DNA from: a virus
Strand: one strand, 5' to 3'
DNA length: 47,531 nucleotides
Virus genome (UHGV): UHGV-1357271
Below the pieces are notes generated by a model. The model made no database searches. It had not been told where the DNA came from and was given only the letters and a program-made list of their open reading frames with translations. Shown one piece after another: positions 42,669 through 47,531 of the stretch. Each line of letters starts with the position of its first letter. Position 1 is the first letter of the stretch. The translations under genes and the position numbers were made by a program.

Positions 42669-44591
42669 ATGCATAAAATAGACAAAATGATTTCAGAGAT
42701 TGATATTGATATGCTGAAATCTTATCTGGATACTGGTGATATCGAGCCAAGACCATATCAGTGGTTGATATATAAGTTAACTGGTGATGTGATTCGCCAT
42801 TATGTTGGCCCTAGTTATGTGACAGCAAGCGTCGGTAGCGGAAAGTCACTGATGATTGCCATGATAGCAAAGCGTTTTCAGGAAATGGGATATTCAGGGA
42901 TGATTCTATCAAGACAGGGCGAAATAGTGGAGCAAGATGCGGAAGAGCTATGGTCCCTTGGTGTTAGAAACTCGCTATTCAGTGCTTCGTTGGGTAGGAA
43001 AAGTTCCACGTACCCAATAATCTGTGGTTCTGAGGGCACTGTTATAAATGCTTTGTTTGATAAAAAGGATGAGTCAGGGAATGTTATTGCAAAAGGTGCG
43101 CTCTCTGACTTTTGCCCAAGATTCCTGCTTATCGATGAAAATCATATGGTTAATGACATTGATGTTGTTAATGATGGCGATACGCAGTATGCAGTGATAA
43201 TTAATGAGCTAATGAAAAGATGCAAAGATAAGCACGGCCATGAGTTGAGAATAATAGGCTATACAGGCTCACCGTTTCGCGGAACTACATCAATAAAAGG
43301 CGCTTTCTGGAAGAAAGAGATTATCAACATAGACACCAAGTACATGGTTGAAAACGGTTTTCTTGTGCCAACAATTTTTGGTCTTCATGATGTTGATAGC
43401 CTGCATTACGACCTTTCAGATTTTCATGGTTCAGATATTGATGGTACTCAGGACTTTACCGCCGAGCAGCTAAAGCAGATGCAGAAAGAAATTCTTGAGC
43501 AAGGTACGTTGACGCAGAAAATCATGCTTAAGGTTATGGAGTTGACTAAAAACAGGAACGGTGTGCTGATTACATGTGCTGGTAAAAAGCATTGCCAGGA
43601 GGCGGCAAAATATTTGCCTGAAGGAAGTTACTCAATAGTTACAGAAGATATGGGGTCAAAAGCCAGAAGGAAGGCTCTAAAAGATGCATACACAGGGCGC
43701 AAAAAATTCACATTCCAGATAGCAGCCCTTACCACTGGCGTAAATATACCGTTATGGGACACGAGCTGCATATTAAGAAAAATAATGTCGCTCACCCTTC
43801 TTGTTCAGTTGCTTGGTCGAGGAATGCGCCTGCTGAAGAAAGAGCAAATTGATGCCGGGTATCATAAAGAAGACCATCTTGTTCTTGATTTTTCAGGCAC
43901 GATGTTTGAGCTTGGTCAGCTGTATGAAGACCCAATTCTGGAAGAAGCCGAGGTGCAACGCTCAAAACGCAGTGGAGAACAGGTTCCGTGCCCGAAATGC
44001 GGAACAATGAACAGTCCATATGCGCGTCGCTGCATTGGCAAAGATGCACTATCGCCAGATGGTCGATGCGAGGAGTTTTTCAGCTACATCCGTTGCGGTT
44101 TCGATAAGCATGGCATCCGTATTTTTGATGATGGTTGCGGCACTAAAAACGACCCAACCGCGCGTTATTGCCGCCATTGTGATCATGTTTTGCGCGACCC
44201 TAATGCGGCATTGAATGAGCGTGCGTATACGGATAACGAATGGGCTGATGTTATGGATTTCAATGTTCAGTTAACGAAGGATGGAGAGGGAGTTTTATAT
44301 CGCTACTGGATTAATCGTTGTGACGGCAAGGAAGGATGGGCTAATGAGGTTTTCTATCCATACGGTGGCGCAACTCACATGAAAAACATGTTTAAGGCAA
44401 AGGCCATCTTCCCTCACCTTGATGATAAGTCAATGGCAGGGAAAATCCTGAAATGCCAGAACGCCAAACAATTCATGATGTATGCAGGATTGATTAAAGC
44501 TCCAAAGCGCATCACGCATCGCATCAACGATAAAGGCCGCGACATAATCCACAGAAAAGATTTTACAGGAGAGCAAAGTGAAGCAGCTTGA
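42669..44591 (+). CDS. SF2 DNA helicase with C-terminal Zn-ribbon
   Basis: GSGKS Walker A. DENH motif II. CPKCG...CRHCDH ribbon. 640 aa. Confidence 0.75.
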   Translation: MHKIDKMISEIDIDMLKSYLDTGDIEPRPYQWLIYKLTGDVIRHYVGPSYVTASVGSGKSLMIAMIAKRFQEMGYSGMILSRQGEIVEQDAEELWSLGVRNSLFSASLGRKSSTYPIICGSEGTVINALFDKKDESGNVIAKGALSDFCPRFLLIDENHMVNDIDVVNDGDTQYAVIINELMKRCKDKHGHELRIIGYTGSPFRGTTSIKGAFWKKEIINIDTKYMVENGFLVPTIFGLHDVDSLHYDLSDFHGSDIDGTQDFTAEQLKQMQKEILEQGTLTQKIMLKVMELTKNRNGVLITCAGKKHCQEAAKYLPEGSYSIVTEDMGSKARRKALKDAYTGRKKFTFQIAALTTGVNIPLWDTSCILRKIMSLTLLVQLLGRGMRLLKKEQIDAGYHKEDHLVLDFSGTMFELGQLYEDPILEEAEVQRSKRSGEQVPCPKCGTMNSPYARRCIGKDALSPDGRCEEFFSYIRCGFDKHGIRIFDDGCGTKNDPTARYCRHCDHVLRDPNAALNERAYTDNEWADVMDFNVQLTKDGEGVLYRYWINRCDGKEGWANEVFYPYGGATHMKNMFKAKAIFPHLDDKSMAGKILKCQNAKQFMMYAGLIKAPKRITHRINDKGRDIIHRKDFTGEQSEAA

Positions 44592-44655
44592 TAGCGGTAT
44601 ATGGGTATTTGATAGCGGTTATCGTGGAGAGTGTAATTCAGAGGAAACGGAACAG

Positions 44656-45003
44656 ATGACTTATGGGTTGTGGATGGATTATCACTTCCCTGACGTTATA
44701 TGGTTTCATGTTCCAAATGAAACCGGGACAAAAAGCGGCGCGCAGTTCGTTATAAAGAGAAAAAAAATGGGTGTAAAAAGTGGCGTGAGCGACGTGATTA
44801 TACTAAGCAATGGTGTAGCTCATTCTTGCGCAGTAATTGAGCTTAAGAAAGAAGATAGAACAAAATCTCAGATATCAAAAGACCAACGTAAATTTCTTGA
44901 TAGAGCGCATAGAGAGGGAAAGTTCGCAGCTATCGCGTACGGTGCTGAACAACTAAAAAAAGCCACACTTTTCTATTTTGGCTTGCCTTTTGATTTGGGT
45001 TGA
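44656..45003 (+). CDS. VRR-NUC domain nuclease
   Basis: HVPNE...GVSDVIIL...IELKKEDRTKSQISKDQRKFLD motifs. GAGGA SD. The track's longer version starts at a GTG inside the helicase 3' end. Confidence 0.6.
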   Translation: MTYGLWMDYHFPDVIWFHVPNETGTKSGAQFVIKRKKMGVKSGVSDVIILSNGVAHSCAVIELKKEDRTKSQISKDQRKFLDRAHREGKFAAIAYGAEQLKKATLFYFGLPFDLG

Positions 45004-45011
45004 TGTAGATT
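44983..45011 (+). promoter_or_regulatory. promoter TTGCCT-N17-TAGATT (GTTGATGTAGATTC)
   Basis: Upstream of the 45043 gene. Followed by the conserved AGTGAGGTGATGAAGATG leader. Confidence 0.4.
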
Positions 45012-45042
45012 CATTTACACAATGACAAGTGAGGTGATGAAG

Positions 45043-45219
45043 ATGGATATTGAGATTCCTGATAGTTTTGATGATGAGTGGCAACGCGAAATGCTGCGCA
45101 ATCTTCTTGTTAAATTGAACGAGCTTGATGATGGTGGTCATGTTGTTAGTGATGGTTATTCATTGCTTGATGATGCAATGAAAATTGTCGAAGCGTTACG
45201 TGAATACAGTGGTGATTAA
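45043..45219 (+). CDS. hypothetical acidic protein (58 aa)
   Basis: GAGGTGA SD. Confidence 0.4.
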   Translation: MDIEIPDSFDDEWQREMLRNLLVKLNELDDGGHVVSDGYSLLDDAMKIVEALREYSGD

Positions 45220-46158
45220 ATGAAAGTCTATTTCAACAATGAACTCAGTAATGAGGATTACCACGCTGACACAGAGCACATTAATGGTTCTGGATTATGG
45301 AATATACTTGACAGATGTCCAGCAGCTTGGCGCTACAAAGACGAAGAAGATGAGCAATCAAATGCTCTCATTTTTGGTACTGGTAGCCATACAGCTCTGC
45401 TTGAACCTGAGCGATTTGATGCTGAATATGCTCGCATGCCAACAAAAGAAGATTTTGGTGATGACCTGCTTGTTACCGTCAGTGACATGAATTCATGGGC
45501 TAAAGAGCGTGGCATCAAGGGGCTTTCAGGAAAGTCGAAAGCTGAGGTGATCAAAATCATTCAGGCGACTGGCGAACAAGTTAAGATTTACGATGTAATC
45601 CGTGAAGAAGCTGAAAGAGCTGCTGCAGGCAAGCGGATGCTGGAAGGCAGTGATTATGATGCCATTCAGCAAATGCGCGCTGTAATACACGCAAACAGCT
45701 ATTACAGCAGTCTTCTTGCTGGTGCTTATGCTGAAGTGTCAATTCTCGGAGAACTTAACGGAGAGAAAGCAAAAGTTCGCTTTGACTGCCTTACCAAAGG
45801 TGGTGACATCATTGACTACAAGACAGCAGTAAGCGCCAAGCCTGAAGAGTTTTTCCGCCATGCTGCGCGACTTGGTTACTTTATGAAAATGGCTATGCAA
45901 CACGATATGTTTGTTGCGGCATACGGTCATGCGCCGCGCTCTGTGAATCTTCTCGTGCAGGAAAAGAAAGCACCGTTTATTCCTGCGTTAATTAGATTAA
46001 CGGAAGAACAGTTGCGCATAGGTCGCATTCAGTTGAATGGTGCAATGGAGATTTACAAGGCGTGCAAAAAAGCTAATTCGTGGCCTGGATACTCAATGGG
46101 AAATCCTGTCATAGAAATGGAAACTCCGGAATGGTTCAAGAAGCAATTTAATTTATAA
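45220..46158 (+). CDS. PD-(D/E)XK exonuclease (RecB/Cas4-like recombination exonuclease)
   Basis: ...DCLTKGGDIIDYKT motif. Paired with the ERF gene downstream. Confidence 0.6.
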   Translation: MKVYFNNELSNEDYHADTEHINGSGLWNILDRCPAAWRYKDEEDEQSNALIFGTGSHTALLEPERFDAEYARMPTKEDFGDDLLVTVSDMNSWAKERGIKGLSGKSKAEVIKIIQATGEQVKIYDVIREEAERAAAGKRMLEGSDYDAIQQMRAVIHANSYYSSLLAGAYAEVSILGELNGEKAKVRFDCLTKGGDIIDYKTAVSAKPEEFFRHAARLGYFMKMAMQHDMFVAAYGHAPRSVNLLVQEKKAPFIPALIRLTEEQLRIGRIQLNGAMEIYKACKKANSWPGYSMGNPVIEMETPEWFKKQFNL

Positions 46159-46172
46159 TCAATGAGGTGATG

Positions 46173-46835
46173 CAAATGATTTTCTCGGAACAGAAAGCAA
46201 ATCTGATTAAGGCTCTTGTTGAGGCTCGCAAGGTGATGAGTAGCGGCGCAAAGAAAAACGCGAAAAACCCGCATCTAAAAAGCAATTATGCAAACCTTGA
46301 GTCGTTTCTTGATGCAATACGTCCGGCGCTTGAGGCAAACGGCCTTATAATCATCCAGAATGCCATTGATGGTGATTCAATGGATGTACTTAAACTTGAA
46401 ACAACGATAATGCATGAGTCTGGCGAGTACATGTCATCCGTTATGCCAATGCCAGTGGCCAAGAAGGATGCTCAGGGTTACGGTTCAGCAATGACGTATG
46501 CACGCAGATACTCCATCGCGGCAATGTTTGGTATTGCTCAGGCTGACGATGACGGTAATGCAGCTCGCAAATCTCCAAAAGACGCAGTGGCATTGATTCG
46601 CAATGCATCAAGTATGGAAGAGTTAGCTTCAATCTATGGCGAGGAATACAAGGCATTTCGCGGAGATGATGCAGCAACTCGCGTTATTGTTGGTGCTTAT
46701 CAGGAAATGAAGGCCAAATTCATGGTATCAGGAGAATCATTCGATCCTGCAAAACTGGCTAAACCGCAACCACAACAGCCAGAACCACAGGAAGAAAAAA
46801 CCGAACATAAACCAACTCCAATTGAAGGATTTTAA
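46173..46835 (+). CDS. ERF-family single-strand annealing protein
   Basis: NPHLKSNYANLESFLDAIRPAL and GSAMTYARRYSIAAMFGIAQADDDG align with the P22 Erf core. Confidence 0.7.
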   Translation, partial: QMIFSEQKANLIKALVEARKVMSSGAKKNAKNPHLKSNYANLESFLDAIRPALEANGLIIIQNAIDGDSMDVLKLETTIMHESGEYMSSVMPMPVAKKDAQGYGSAMTYARRYSIAAMFGIAQADDDGNAARKSPKDAVALIRNASSMEELASIYGEEYKAFRGDDAATRVIVGAYQEMKAKFMVSGESFDPAKLAKPQPQQPEPQEEKTEHKPTPIEGF

Positions 46836-46838
46836 TAA

Positions 46839-47324
46839 ATGGCTCGCGGCGTAAATAAAGTAATTATCGTTGGTACTCTCGGTAACGACCCTGAAGTTAA
46901 ATATTCTGCATCAGGCTCTGCAATTGCCAACCTTTCTGTTGCAACATCCGAGCAGTGGAAAGACAAGCAAACAGGAGAAAAGAAAGAACAGACCGAGTGG
47001 CATCGTGTTGTCATATTCGGGAAACTTGCGGAAGTTGCAGGAGAATACCTTCGCAAAGGCTCGCAGGTTTATATTGAAGGTCAGCTGCGTACCCGTAAAT
47101 GGACTGACAGCAACGGCGTGGATAAGTACACCACTGAGATTGTCATCCCACAGATGGGCGGCGTTATGCAGATGATTGGTGGTAGACGTGATGATTCTGG
47201 TCAGCAACAACCACGCCAGCAATCAGGCCAACAACCGCAACGACAACAGCAGCAACAAAAACAACAAAGCCAACAAGTAGGCAATGAGCCTCCGATGGAC
47301 TTCGACGACGACATTCCGTTCTGA
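46839..47324 (+). CDS. ssb: single-stranded DNA-binding protein
   Basis: Canonical OB-fold SSB N-terminus. Q-rich linker. C-terminal DDDIPF. Confidence 0.9.
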   Translation: MARGVNKVIIVGTLGNDPEVKYSASGSAIANLSVATSEQWKDKQTGEKKEQTEWHRVVIFGKLAEVAGEYLRKGSQVYIEGQLRTRKWTDSNGVDKYTTEIVIPQMGGVMQMIGGRRDDSGQQQPRQQSGQQPQRQQQQQKQQSQQVGNEPPMDFDDDIPF

Positions 47325-47328
47325 TGAT

Positions 47329-47362
47329 AAAACTAACCCCGCCGAAGCGGGGTTAGTTTTAT
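47329..47362. terminator. bidirectional terminator
   Basis: The sequence aactaaccccgccgaagcggggttagtttt. Confidence 0.7.
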
Positions 47363-47531
47363 ACAAATGGTGTGTTAACTCTACGCGCCCGGATGTACAT
47401 GTTTCTGATATTCTCACCTCCAGAAGGTCTTGTCACTGTTGCTGTTATTACGCCACTCTCATCGGCACTAACTGTTATCGGGTAAACAGAAGTATCGTTG
47501 AATTGTTGAATATGCATTTGCTTGGATATAA
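47359..47531 (-). CDS. C-terminal 56 codons of an ORF entering from beyond the window end (probably the tail fiber wrapping around)
   Basis: Stop TAA at 47359-47361. The frame is open to the window end (...SADESGVITATVTRPSGGENIRNMYIRARRVNTPFV*). It is in phase with the tail fiber ORF at the window start. Confidence 0.45.
   Translation of the reverse strand, partial: ISKQMHIQQFNDTSVYPITVSADESGVITATVTRPSGGENIRNMYIRARRVNTPFV

Noticed and set aside
44578-44655. Longer VRR-NUC start at GTG 44578
   Set aside because: It overlaps the last helicase codons. The internal ATG at 44656 has a GAGGA SD, and the domain starts after it.

Overview
The window is a near-complete or complete tailed-phage genome with T1-like (siphovirus, apparently virulent) content. 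It has a lambda-like tail module: tail fiber, an I/J-like tip protein, K/L/M-like proteins, a 969-aa tape measure protein, a chaperone and a major tail protein with an Ig-like domain. It also has a major capsid protein, a decoration protein, a protease/scaffold protein, a portal, a Mu-F-like head protein and large and small terminase subunits. The lysis cassette is lambda R-like endolysin, a holin-like protein and embedded Rz/Rz1 spanins. The replication and recombination module is a P4-type Zn-ribbon/Toprim primase, an SF2 helicase, a VRR-NUC nuclease, a PD-(D/E)XK exonuclease, an ERF annealase and SSB. No DNA polymerase, integrase or repressor was seen. Structural genes sit in several leftward blocks separated by rightward accessory-gene ('moron') blocks. 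Convergent gene junctions are marked by at least 8 strong bidirectional rho-independent terminators.

Noteworthy points:
- A truncated YhhQ/VUT-like transporter gene is immediately followed by a TGT/DpdA-like gene, which predicts 7-deazaguanine modification of the DNA.
- A recurrent GTAGAT(T)/TGAYGTAGATT operator-like motif is embedded in at least 9 divergent promoter regions, including a duplicated promoter module.
- A CCGGTAAAA iteron array plus an AT-rich DNA-unwinding element looks like the replication origin, placed between divergent operons.
- There is a tRNA-Met plus a tRNA-like minihelix island.
- The tail fiber ORF is split across the two window ends in a consistent frame, implying a circular or permuted complete genome of 47,531 bp.
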